NCBI GenBank assembly: GCA_951406725.2
Contig: OX597842.1
Span: forward strand, 24,428,001-24,492,000
DNA: 64,000 nt
Direction of reading: 5' to 3'
Source of the DNA: Octopus vulgaris
Lineage: Eukaryota
Made by a program: the position numbers and the translations under genes. Of the stretch, positions 26,965 through 39,784 are shown piece by piece; the stretch's first letter is position 1, and every line of letters starts with the position of its first letter. A model generated the notes under the pieces. It searched no databases and was not told the origin of the DNA. It saw nothing but the letters and a program-made list of their open reading frames with translations.

Positions 26965-28772
26965 GTAAGATACAATACATGTTTTGTTTGTGGTAAAATC
27001 CGATGACCCTGGTTAATTGGAAACTCCAGACAATTGTGAAAGTTTTGAATGTTGCTAATCTGATTTCGATATTAATTCCATTCTCCGTTAAACTTCTTGA
27101 ATAATGCCAAGAAAATCTAATCTTAATTTTTACTTGGTATGTCGATGAAAAAGCACCAAATTTTTTATGTCTTTTTAGGCGATGTTACGGTATAAGTACC
27201 GGATACATTAAAAAAAAGTGGGTTTTTTTTTTATATATGGAGGGTTAGGGTTTCTGTTAGGGGTGGGAGAAAAGGGTTTCTGTTATAAATCATTAAAAAT
27301 GTTTAAGCCGCGGCCATGCTGGGGCACCACCGCTGGAGCTCATATCTTCAGAGATGTAAACAAAGTCACGTGTGTACATATACCGAAGGATCGCCACATA
27401 CCCTAACCCTAACACAAACCCTAACTTAAAACCTAACCCTCCATATATAAAAAAAACACTTTTTTGAAATGTATCTGGTACTTCCGGAAGTACACCGGTA
27501 CTTATACCGTAAGATCGCCTTCTTTTATTACAGTAGATATTCCATTTGTTACTTGTGTCCATTCGAAGCTGTCTATCGCTTTATTATAGAGGTATAACTT
27601 GCTACGTATCACTATTTGCTGTTTATTTTGTCAAAATGATTGGCTTTAATAGTTATCTCTATTCTCTCTTTTACTTGTTTCAGTCATTTGACTGTGGCCA
27701 TGCTAGAGCACCACCTTTTAGTCGAGTAAATCGACCCCAGGACTTATTCTTTGTAAGCCTAGGACTTATTCTATTCGGTCTGTTTTGTCGAACCGCTATG
27801 TTATGGGGACGTAAACACACCAGTATCGGTTGTCCAGCGATGTTAGGGTGACAAACACAGAACATAAACACACACACAAACATACATATACACATATATA
27901 CGACGGGCTTCTTTCCATGCTTCCTGAGATTCGCCAACACTACACCTGATTTTCTCCCCTCCATACACACGCAAACATGTATCTGACTCATACACTGTTC
28001 ACTTTCCAGACATTTGTACATTACTGCATATACTTTATACGCACTTTTGACAAGTTGTGGTGCACCTGAGCACTGTATACAGTAATTTCATTATTATTAT
28101 TTTAAAAGTCGTGAACACAACCTAATTTCATTAATAGACCTGTTCAGCCAGGGATGATTCCGGGCTAAACAACAGTGACTTATCACATTTCTGAAGATAG
28201 TAGGAAGTTATTGTCCAATATTTTGTAGTTTAACATTTTACATAATATCTGAAGGCAAAGGAACAAAGTCTGTGTATAGAGACTAATTATTCGGGTTAAG
28301 GTTTATATAAACAGTTTATTATTATGAAAATGTAGTAATATTTTTTATAGTTGAATCTCTGCTTTTTAAGTCTTTCCTATATCTTCAACTGTTTCTGTGT
28401 CATTTCAGAATATGAGATGTTAGTGCTATAAAGGAGTTTTTACATCAGATACATCATGAATATTGATCATCCTTTGAAGACTAATGGAAGATATTATAAA
28501 TAATATATATAACCCTGTTTCTATTACAAATCTATGGTGAATAACTGTGAAATATTTCTTTGGAATTAATACGAACGTTTGTTTTCTTCATTGCCAATAT
28601 TTTACATTCTGTTTGAATTTGGAAAAATCTGTGAAGGTCTTTGTATTATCTTCAGATATTCGAGAAGATCAGATTTGCTGTAAATATAGCAGTAGAAGTA
28701 TTTGAATCAACAAAGACATTTATAAAGAAGAAAAGAAAAATATATTTTGGGGTCGTATACTGCAGAAGAATA

Positions 28773-29657
28773 ATGAATCCACCGGAGATGACAAGAGAAA
28801 GAGAAAAATTATCAGACCAATGTGATATCTGTAAAAAGACTTTTTCTAATACAGCAAATCTCACTGTTCACAAGTGTATCGATCCAAGTGGAAAGCAATT
28901 TCACTGTGATATCTGTGGTAAATCATTCTCTAAGAAAGATAATCTTACTCATCACAAATACATTCATACAGGAGAGAAACCATATCAATGTGGTATTTGT
29001 GGTAAATCATTCTCTAATAGGAGTAGCCTTACTTGTCACAAATACATTCATACAGGAGAGAAACCGTATCACTGCGAAATTTGTGGTAAATCATTCTCTC
29101 AAAAAGGTAGCCTAACTTGTCACAAATACATTCATACAGGAGAGAAACCATATCAATGTGATATTTGTGGTAAATCATTCTCTCAAGGAAGTCAGCTTAA
29201 AACTCACAAATACATTCATACAGGAGAGAAACCATATCAGTGTGACATCTGTGGTAAATCATTCTCTAAGAAAGATCATCTTACTCATCACAAATACATT
29301 CATACAGGAGAGAAACTATATCAGTGTGATATCTGTGATAAATCCTTTTCATTAAAACGTAATTTAATTACTCACAAACTTACACATACAGGTGAGAAGC
29401 CATATCACTGCAATATTTGTGGTAAATCATTCTCTCATAAGAATAGCCTTACTTATCACAAATCAATTCATACAGGAGAGAAACCATATCACTGCAATAT
29501 CTGTGGTAAATCCTTTGTAGTGAGAAGTAATTTAACTGCTCATGAACTTACTCACACTAATGAAAGGCCATATCAGTGTGATATCTGTGATAAATCATTC
29601 TCTCATAAAAGTAACCTTACTAGACACAAATACATTCATACAGGAGAGAAATCATAG
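28773..29657 (+). CDS. C2H2 zinc-finger protein (ZNF-4), 1 degenerate + 9 canonical fingers, intact ORF
   Basis: ORF 28641..29657, ATG at 28773 (MNPPEM), TGEKPY linkers. A further in-frame finger follows the TAG. Confidence 0.9.
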   Translation: MNPPEMTREREKLSDQCDICKKTFSNTANLTVHKCIDPSGKQFHCDICGKSFSKKDNLTHHKYIHTGEKPYQCGICGKSFSNRSSLTCHKYIHTGEKPYHCEICGKSFSQKGSLTCHKYIHTGEKPYQCDICGKSFSQGSQLKTHKYIHTGEKPYQCDICGKSFSKKDHLTHHKYIHTGEKLYQCDICDKSFSLKRNLITHKLTHTGEKPYHCNICGKSFSHKNSLTYHKSIHTGEKPYHCNICGKSFVVRSNLTAHELTHTNERPYQCDICDKSFSHKSNLTRHKYIHTGEKS

Positions 29658-29806
29658 CACTGTGATATCTGTGGTAAATCATTTTCTCATAAAAGTAACT
29701 TTAATAGACACAAATACATTCATACAGGAGAGAAATCATAGCACTGTGATATCTGCAGTAAATCATTCTGTGTAAGATATTTGATTAATCATAAGTCCAC
29801 TCATAA

Positions 29807-29959
<153 letters not shown>

Positions 29960-30955
29960 TAGCACTGTAATATCTGCAGTAAATCATTCTGCGTAAGAAA
30001 ATATTTTTATCACAAATCCAGTTAGATTGGGCAGATATTATATCGCTGTGATCATCATCATCGTTTAGCATCCGCTTTCCATGCTAGCATGGGTTGGACG
30101 GTTCAACTGGGGTGTGGGAAGCCAGAAGGCTGCACCAGGCTCCAGTCTGATCTGGCAGTGTTTCTACAGCTGGATGCCCTTCCTAACGCCAACCACTCCG
30201 TGAGTGTAGTGGGTGCTTTTTACGTGCCACCGGCAAAGGTGCCAGACGGGGCTGGCAAACGGCCACATTCGGATGGTTCACTTATGTGCCACCGGCACTG
30301 GTATCACAAGTTCAAATTCCATTGATGTTGATCGATTATGACTTTGATTTTTGGTTTTGATATCTGTAGTAAATCATTCTCTTAGGATTATGTTGTTTAA
30401 CTAATTTTAAATGCATTCATACAGGAGAGAAGACATATTGCTGTGTTATCTGTGCAAAATCATTCTCTTAATGTAATTTAACTAAACCTGTATTTATTGA
30501 TATTGCTCAATAACAATACCAGTGATAAAATGGGGAATAAAATACAGCAATTGTATTATTTTCTTTGAGACAAATAAATTTTTTACATTTTCCTCATTTG
30601 CATCAACTCATTAATTATGATGTGTGTAGTTTTCAATCAAGCAATTTTAATTACATTAATTTGCTGTTTTCTTGTGGATATATTATTCCGACACCATTGT
30701 ATCACATTCCAGTTCCCAACGATGATCAGTTGTTCTCTGCTGGACATGCTTAGGCTATCCCACAATCTGCAGCCTATAATCTAATGAACAATATGTGTCC
30801 ATATCTCTTGTACTGGGTACACTACATGGAGTTTCTCCTGACATCTTTTCTACATGCCGAGCAGGGCCATCTCTCTGACAAGATCTGTCTTTGGTCTTTG
30901 CTAAATTTACTGTATAGTTTCTCAATCCAGATCTTGCTTCCATACCTGAAATTTG

Positions 30956-31741
30956 GGATCTTTTCCTTTTGAACGGCGCTTTTCAACACAATTTCTAGTT
31001 AACTAAACACTTTTAAACTTCGTATACTATTAGAATGTGTTTATAAAACATCATTTTTTCTTGGCTTTATTGAGAAAATCTATAGTTTGTAAGATATTTC
31101 GAGCATTTCGGCAATTTTAACCAATCACTGACCTCCATTTAGGTAAATAACATTCTGTGCATAATGAATATGTCCCTCCTTTAAGAAACAGATTGGGTTT
31201 ATTTACATTTGTGAAGAAAAAAAGATACCATTCCCCCACCCCTAACCCTAAATCTAAAATAGATTGAAATTCAATAGATAGATACTAGGGCCATAATTAT
31301 GGATGACAATTTCATACGACACCGCTACAGAAAGTGAGATTTTTTTCTAGCGGTGTCAAATGAGAATCTCACCCATAATTATGGCCCTAGTATCGATCTA
31401 TTGCATTTCAATCTATTTTAGATTTAGGGTGAGAGTTAGTGTTAGGAGTGTGGGAAGGGTATCTTTTTTTCTTCACAAATGTAAATAAACCCAATCTGTT
31501 TCTTAAAGGAGGGACATATTCATACAGCACGGAATGTTTACCTAAATGGACTCCAGCGATTGGTTAAAATTACCAAAATACTCGAATTTTCAGACGAAAT
31601 ATCTTACAAACTATAGAATTTTCTCAATAAAGCCAAGAAAAAATGATGTTTTATAAACACATTCTTCCAGTATACGAAGTTTAAAAGTGTTTAGTTAACT
31701 AGAAATTATGTTACAAAGTGCCGTTCAAAAGGAAAAGATCC
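30956..31741. mobile_element. Long foldback MITE, GGATCTTTTCC TIR, 8-bp TSD GAAATTTG (Merlin-like)
   Basis: TSD at 30948-55 and 31742-49. Uninterrupted homolog at ~50311 (cctgaaatttgttctc). Almost fully palindromic. Paralog 51108-51835. Confidence 0.85.
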
Positions 31742-33112
31742 GAAATTTGTTCTCTAATTGTGGTAGGGATTCAGCAATAATAACAAGGTCATCAGCTTGG
31801 AAGAGATCCCAAGGGCAGCCAATCTTAAATTCCTCTGTTATTGCTTGCAGGACTATGATAAACAAGAGTGGGGTGAAAAACGATCCTGGACTCCTATTTT
31901 GACACTAAAATTCATGCTATACTCATTGGTGACATTTACCTTACTGACAGCATCCCTATACATGGCTTTTGCATGTCTCACCAACCACTCATCTCTCCCT
32001 AGCTTCTCTATTGCTCACCAAATAATGGAGTAGGGGACTCTGTCAAAAGCTTTCTCCATGTCAACAAAATCCAAATGCAAAGATATATCTTTGACCAAGT
32101 ACTTCTGCTTTTGCCTCACCAGGAAGATAGCATTGCTGGTGCTTCTACTTGATACAATTGTACACCTTGATCCATAGAACTTATATTGATATTTGAGGAG
32201 ACCTATTGAGTCAAGTACATTAACATCAAAAAATCAATTGAAATTGTAGTTGTGATACCTGTGCAGGTGGCAAGTAAAAAGCACCATCCGAACATGGCTG
32301 ATGCCAGCACCACCCTGACTGGCTTCCATGCTGTTAAAAAGCACCAACCGATCATAGCCGTTGCCAGCCTCACCTGGCACTTGTGCTGGTGGCATGTAAA
32401 ATGCACCCACTACACTCACGGAGTGGTTGGCATTAGGAAGGAATTTAAGATTGGCTGCCCTTGGGATCTCTTCCAAACTGATGACCTTGTTCTTATTGCT
32501 AAATCCCTACCACAATTAGAGAGCAAATTTCAGGTTTGGAAGCAAGATCTGGATTGAAAGACCATACAGTAAATTTAGCAAAGACCAAAGACAGATCCTG
32601 TCAGGGAGATGGCCCTGCTCGGCATAGAGAAAAGGGCAGCCAGCTGTAGAAACACTGCCAGATCAGACTGGAGCCTGGTAAAGCGATCTGGCTTCCCAGA
32701 CCCCTGTCAAACAGTCCAACCCATGCCATCAAGGTGAGCAGACATTAAACGATGATGATGATGCAGAACCGTTAGCAGGCCGGGCGAAATGCTTAGCGGT
32801 ATTTCGTCTATATATATATGTATATATGTAGCTATATCAAACTCCATTCTTCACCAAGTGCCACATATTGGAGGAGGTTCTTCGTAATAACAGTGTAGCA
32901 CAAAACGGCAGTGCATCAGCATGGCCACAGCTCTGAGCTGAAACAAGAAGAAAAAAAAGTTGGTACCAAACAGATAATCAACATTTTTAATGATGAAGAC
33001 ATTCTCCTTGCATGCTTTCAATTGAAACGTGACATATCCCCACATTTCGCCTATGAAATTTAATTTGTCACCCGTCATGCTACGAAGAAATTTTGCTGTT
33101 TTTCTCAACATA

Positions 33113-34180
33113 GGCGTAGGAGTGGCTGTGTGGTAAGTAGCTTACTTATGAACCATAAGTTTCCAGGTTCAGTCTCACTACGTGGCACATTGGTCAAGTG
33201 TCTTCTACTATAGCCTCGGGCCGACCAAAGCCTTGAGTGGATTTGGTAGACGGAAACTGAAAGAAGCCCGTCGTGTATATATATATATGTATATATATAT
33301 ATATGCGTGTGTGTGTCTGTGTTTGTCCCCCTAGCATTGCATGACAACCGATGCTGGTGTGTTTATGTCCCTGTTACTTAGCAGTTCGGCAAAAGAGACC
33401 AATAGAATAAGTACTGGGTTTACAAAAGAATAAGTCCTGGGGTCAAGTTGCTCGATTAAAGGCGGTGCTCCAGCATGGCCGTGGTCAGATGACTGAAACA
33501 ATAAAAGAGTAAAGAGTATAGGCGCAGGAGTGGCTGTGTGGTATGTAGCTTGCTTATGAACCATAAGGTTCCGGGTTCAGTCCCACTACGTGGCACATTG
33601 GTCAAATGTCTTCTACTATAGCCTCGGGCCGACCAAAGCCTTGTGAGTGGATTTGGTAGACGGAAACTGAAAGAAGCCCGTCGTGTATATATATATATAT
33701 ATGCGTGTGTTTGTCCCCCTACCATTGCATGACAACCGATGCTGGTGTGTTTATGTCCCTGTTACTTAGCAGTTCGGCAAAAGAGACCAATAGAATAAGT
33801 ACTGGGTTTACAAAAGAATAAGTCCTGGGGTCGAGTTGCTCGATTAAAGGCGGTGCTCCAGCATGGCCATGGTCAGATGACTGAAACGGGTAAAGAGTAT
33901 AGGCGCAGGAGTGGCTGTGTGGTATGTAGCTTGCTTCTGAACCATAAGGTTCCGGGTTCAGTCCCACTACGTGGCACATTGGTCAAGTGTCTTCTACTAT
34001 AGCACCGGGCCGACCAAAGCCTTGTGAGTGGATTTGGTAGACGGAAACTGAAAGAAGCCCATCATATATATGTGTGTGTATAAGTTTGTGTCTGTGTTTC
34101 TCCCCCCAACATCGCTTGACGACCAATACTGGTGTGTTTACGTCCCCATAACATAGCGCTTCAGCATAAGTGACCGATAA
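33113..34180 (+). mobile_element. Head-to-tail trimer of tRNA-type SINE family 1 (starts 33113, 33521, 33902)
   Basis: ggcgcaggagtggctgtgtggt (A box) ... ggttcagtccc (B box) ... internal (TA/TG)n ... gactgaaac tail. Confidence 0.85.
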
Positions 34181-34881
34181 ATATGTTCTGGTGTTGCTTT
34201 GTTAAATGAAACCTACGAGCTGATACTTCAGCCTGGTCGCAGTATAATTATACAGAATTTAAATGAAACACACATATACGCACACGTTTCTGTGTACTTA
34301 AACATGTGCTTGTGTAGTTACGTATGTACGTACTTATCTGAATACGTACATAAGGAAAGGGAAAAGTTCTTCAGTTCTATATTTAAGAGATGAGGAATTA
34401 TGTACATTATTTACATTTGACGGATAAGTGTTCGATTCCAGGCAGTGACCTGGATAATAATAAGAAGAAGAATGTAAATAATTCCTCACCTCTTAAATAT
34501 AGAACTGAAGAACTTTTCCCTTTCCATATTTCTTCATGTCCTACAGTTATTCGGCGCCCCCCTCTGATGTTGGTAGTAAGAGACAAACACCTTATACACA
34601 CTGCAACGTTGTTAGCGCTAGGGAGGGCATCAAGCTATGGAGACCATACCAAAGTTGACCAGGAATATGAGGGAAGGGAGAAAGTAGGAAGGAAAGATGG
34701 ATGGATGGACGTGTACGTGTCTAGAGAAGTACGTACATACATAAATACACAAGCACATGTTTAAGTACACAGATATATGTGCGTATATGTGTGTTTCATT
34801 TAAATTCTGTATAATTATACTGCGACCAGGCTGAAGTATCAGCTCGTAGGATTCATTTAACAAAGCAACACCAGAACATAT
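34181..34881. repeat. Nested inverted repeats (outer ~150-bp arms, inner ~50-bp arms 34357-34522)
   Basis: ORFs 34199+ and 34630- share LNETYELILQPGRSIIIQNLNETH. agggaaaagttcttcag...ctgaagaacttttccct. Confidence 0.85.
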
Positions 34882-34962
34882 TTTTAATTTGGTAGTTATA
34901 CTGTTGCACATATAATAAATATGGATACATGGAAGAAAATAGGGAAACCTATCCATTTTACA

Positions 34963-37733
34963 TGTTTCAGGCATTTGACAGTGGCCATGCTGGAGCACCG
35001 CCTTTATTTGAGAAATAGACCCAGGACTTATTGTTTGTAAGCCTAGTACTTATTCTATCGGTCACTTTTGCTGAACCGCTAAGTTATGGTGGACGTAAAC
35101 ACACCAGCATCAATTGCCAAGCGATGTTTGGGGGATAAACATATACACACACACACATATATACAATGGACTTCTTTCAGTTTCTGTCTACCAAATCCAC
35201 TCACAAGGCTTTGGTCGGCCCGAGGCTATAGTAGAAGACACTTGTCCAAAGTGCCACACACTGAGACTGAACCTGGGACCATGTGGTTTGTAAGCAAGCT
35301 ACTTACCACACAGCCACTCCTACGCCTATATGTACACATTACACAAGATATTGTTTGCTTATTTCTCTGTTGTCTGTATTAAAGAAATATTTTCAAATTA
35401 TTTCACTTTAATAGAATTTATTATTTCTTTAGCTTGTATTAAATAATTTTGACTTCATAACCCATTAAAATAATTGCATTATCTTTTTAACTTATCTCTC
35501 TGCTTTTATGTATTATGTTGGGTGTGTAGGCATGTATAAATATATATATAGAGAGAGATTTTAAAAGTGTCCCATATATATGATTTTCTAATTTGGCAAC
35601 CCTATCCAAACGTGTCCCTTATGAGCTTATACAATTGATGATACAGCATAGAATTCACACTCGATCAATGTATGATAAAAGTTACACATTTCTCCAAACT
35701 GATCTACAATAAATGTTTGTTTTGAAGTTATATAATTTGTTGATATTATTTAATATACAAAATACTTGGTGTTAGATGCTAAGATACAGTGATGAGAGAT
35801 AAACGAAGGGATAAGTTCGTTCATTAAATGCTAATGATGGTGGTTATCTAGTGAATATGCGATGGAGCCATTGAGTAGATGGTAACCATGTGAGAGAAGG
35901 AGTGTGAAGGAAATATATTTCCCAGTCACTGATGAAATGTTAAAATAAGACAATGGTAGGAAATTCTCAAGAGAGCTGAACAGCGGAAGGTCTTCGGAGA
36001 GGAAACCCTACTCAGGCAAGATCCAGAGGTCATGCGTTGACATATAAGGTTAATTGAAGGAAAAGCTTGTAACATCAGATGAACATATTTTGGAACCACA
36101 TCTCAAAGCAAAATAAGGCGAACACATGCACTTGCGGGTGTGTATATGCGTGACCTGAGTCAATGCATGTCTAGGAGTCAGGAGTCAACGCAAGGGTGAC
36201 ACAAAATTAGAATGCTCTGACTGCTATGTCATCTGGAAGTTTATAGGAAGCTTCTAAAGTATTTATGAAGGTCGAGGGAGATTACTCTCATTAAATCCCA
36301 TTTTAATTTTGCTTTCCTGTCTGACCGCCAGGGGTCACTCAGGTTTTAGTGAGCTGGCAGAAACGTTAGCACGCTGGGCGAAATGCGTAGCCATATTTCG
36401 TCTGCCGTAATCTTCTGAGTTCAAATTCCGCTGAGGTCGACTTTGCCTTTCATCCTTTCGGGGTCAATATAACGAACTTAGCTTGTGCGTCTGTCCTCTC
36501 TGTGTTTAGCCCCTTGTGGGTAATAAAGAAATAAGTTATACAAGATTCCCTTGATTGTGTCGAGAATGATGAAAATTTGTGTGGGCCTCTGAGCAGGTAT
36601 TGCCTCTGTTTGGCAAAATCTGATGCAGATTCTCCGCTAAACTTTCTATCATGCTCAATGTGACAATCACACGCTACACACCTTCCTTCCAAGCATTGCT
36701 GCAAACAGCAGAAGAGAGCTAGAATGTTAACACTTAGTGTGAATGCACAGCAGAGTTTGGAGTCAATCTTTCCCAAGTGGCTTCACTCTGTGTATCTTAG
36801 CTTCGTTGCTATAGCAACAGTCTGCATATATGTACGTATACATGTATGCCATTGTTCAGTTTTATTTCAAAATTTCTTGCCAACAGAGAAAGAGCCAATT
36901 TGTAACCTAAATCCAAGGATCCTTCATTGGAATTTCACCATCAACAACAGAGTATGTAGGTCTTTTCGGTTTGAACGGCAGGTTTTAACATAATTTCTAG
37001 GTAACTAAACACTTTTAAACTTCGTATACTGGTAGAATGTGTTTATAAAACATCTTTATCTCTTGGCTCTATTGAGAAAATTCTACAGTTTGTAAGATAT
37101 TTGTTGCTTTTTTTCTTCAATTTCAACCAATCAATGACGTTTATTGAGGTGAAAACATTCTGTGCCGTATGAATATGTCCCTCGTTTAAGAAACAGATTG
37201 GGCTTATTTACATTTGTGAAGAAAAAAGATACCCTTCCCCACCACCACTAAACCCTAAAAGAGATTGAAATGCAATAGATCGATACTAGGGTCATAATTA
37301 TGGGTGACAATTTCATATGACACCACTAGAAAAACTGCCGTTCAAACCGAAAAGATACAATACATTTCTAAATATCTCAGAGATTTATGCAGTAGTGGTA
37401 CGATAAAGATACCCTTCCCCCACCCCTAACCCTAAAATAGATTGAAATGCAAAGATCGATATTGATCTTTGCATTTCAATCTATTTCAGGGTTAGGGGTG
37501 GGAGGGTATCCGTTTTTCTTTGCAAATGTGAATAAACCCACTCTGTTTCTTAAACGAGGGACATATTCATACAGCACGGTATGTTTTGACTCCAAATGGA
37601 CGTCTTTGATTGGTTAAAATTACAGAGATGCTCGATTTTAAAGTGGGAATATGTTACAAACTATAGAATTTTCTCAATAAAGCCAAGAAAAAATGATGTT
37701 TTATAAACACATTCTACCAGTATACGAAGTTTA
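34963..37733 (+). repeat. Third, partial copy of block A (direct repeat of 1-~2620)
   Basis: tgtttcaggcatttgacagtgg start; ORFs 35086 and 36724 match 108/146 and 1782. Homology ends inside a MITE arm. Confidence 0.92.
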
Positions 37734-37859
37734 ACCCATTAGTGTTCAGATTACTCTGTTAAATGTAATTCTTTTTCACTCAAATTGTTTTGAATTAATC
37801 ATGCAATATCTTATAGCTTTAAGGTTTCAATGACGTGATTGTTATGAGTTCGTTGGATA

Positions 37860-37987
37860 TCAGTTCGTTTCGTCGACATTCCATGTCTATTTTTTGAGCT
37901 TCCTTTAAATTACGTTTCCCGCTGAATGGCTTTTTGGGTGTGGTTTGCGTTAATTGACTTTTAGCACTGATTTATTTATCATAACAG
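37860..37987 (+). promoter_or_regulatory. Putative exon 1 of ZNF-5 (acceptor AG 44308-44309; the intron contains the Gypsy element in antisense)
   Basis: TCAGTTcgtttcgtcgac start and CAG|GTAAGA donor. The upstream CATCCGACAAA motif is absent. Confidence 0.55.
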
Positions 37988-39784
37988 GTAAGATATCGTA
38001 CATATTTTATTTTTAGTGAAAGCAGAAGAACCTGGAAAATTCGAAACTCCAGACAATAAAGAAAGTATTCAATGTTGCTAGTCTGACATCGATATTAATT
38101 TCGTCCGCCGTTACGTTCTGGGTTCAAATTCCGCCGAGGTCGACTTTGCCTTTCATCCTTCGGGATCGATAAATTAAGTACCAGTTACGCACTGGGGTCA
38201 ATGTGATCGACTTAATCCGTTTGTCTGTCCTTGTTTGTTTCGTCCGTATTTCGCCCCTTGTGGGTAATAAAGAAACAGATATTAATTCTATTTGGTTTGC
38301 AAGATTCTTTATATGAATTCGTGTATTGAAGCATATTCTGTTGTGTCGCGGAGAGTCATTTTCTTTTTGTGCCGTATAATTTAGCACACTCATCGGTAAA
38401 ATTTTGCAGTTATTTCTTACTTATTTCCTTTTTTCCTAAAATTTTCGTTGCGTCTTGCAACTGTAGTGGATGTGTGGATGTATTAATAAATACATAAGTT
38501 GTTTTGTAATAAATTAGAGATTTATTTGCACTACATCAATTTGTAAGCAATGCTACACATTGCTTGTACAGAATACATATTAAATAATGCTTGTACAGAA
38601 TACATATTAAAGGATGCTTATACAGAATACATATTAAAGAAGAATATGTTTGATGGTGTGTGTGTGTGTGAGTAAATCATGCAGGACAGTCACCTTTATG
38701 CATATTCTCTCGTTGTCTCCAAAAATGCGTAGCGTTCGTTTAGGCGTCGGCTCCGGTTCTCTCTAGATACCGATTTTTCCGTTCTATTTATAAAATCTCA
38801 AATAGCCAGAAAAATAGATATATCGCAAGACAGTTATTGTTTAAGTAGGTCACTGGTCGTTCAGTTGAACTTCGCCTGACATGGCTCAAGTTGGAGGTTT
38901 TGTGAAACAGGTTCGATCATCTGACCAGGTAAGGTGAAGGAATTCTTGATTTCGCGCCTTTGCATGCATTGGTATTTGACGACCGATGATTCTTGGATTT
39001 GATTTCGAATCCAAGCTTAGAGAAGGAAGTGCTAACTTTACACTCACCCCCTTCTAGTGAGAAAAAGCCACAGAGATCGATATTGGAAATGTAATTTTTT
39101 TTTCTTTTTGTGTGTATGCAGAAAAAAAATTTTTACACATTGAACGATAAAAATATGAATGAAAGGTTTACAGTTTGTATGTGCTATATGGTGAGCAATA
39201 TGTATATGTGCCCAGGCAGAATTATGTTGGCGCGTTGAAAGAGATGTGCGTCTATTGATTACTCGATCTACTAGGTCAAATAGAGGCAAGGTGTCTTTCA
39301 GTGGCGAAAAAGATCGAGTGATAGCACGCATGGCAGAACAAGATTTGTAAATGTGTGTGGATATACAGTTAGCAAAAATATATTTATGAGAAAACATTTT
39401 GAAGAGAAAACAAAAATATGTACATGCAAAAATGAAAGAAATGTTCATCGGCAAAGTTCGATTTTGAAATGTTCCGTAAAAGTTCATACAGACGTTTTTT
39501 GTTTTCATTTTTTTTTTTCTTTATGTACACAAATGTTCTTTAATTTCTCTGGGTTGTATGTGGGTGATGCAGTTATGTGTTCATTAGGAAGATGGATAAG
39601 TTAGGAGTTCAGAACTTACCCAAAAAACTTGCACAAACCTTGCTGCCACTTCGAACTGTTCTTTCTTCCTGATTTGGTGTCGGGGTTGTGCAGAATCTGT
39701 CGTGTTCGCTGGAGTTGCCGAGTCTGTTCGAGGAAAGGAGGGGACTGAATGTAAGTCCTCCTCGATGAAAGCTTTTTAAAACGA

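Noticed and set aside
28641-28772. N-terminal effector domain (KRAB/SCAN/BTB/ZAD) on the ZNFs
   Set aside because: The extension starts at a non-ATG codon, is not open in the other subfamilies, and shows no recognisable motif.
33113-33190. tRNA gene
   Set aside because: The A/B-box-like head belongs to a SINE; no complete cloverleaf is seen.
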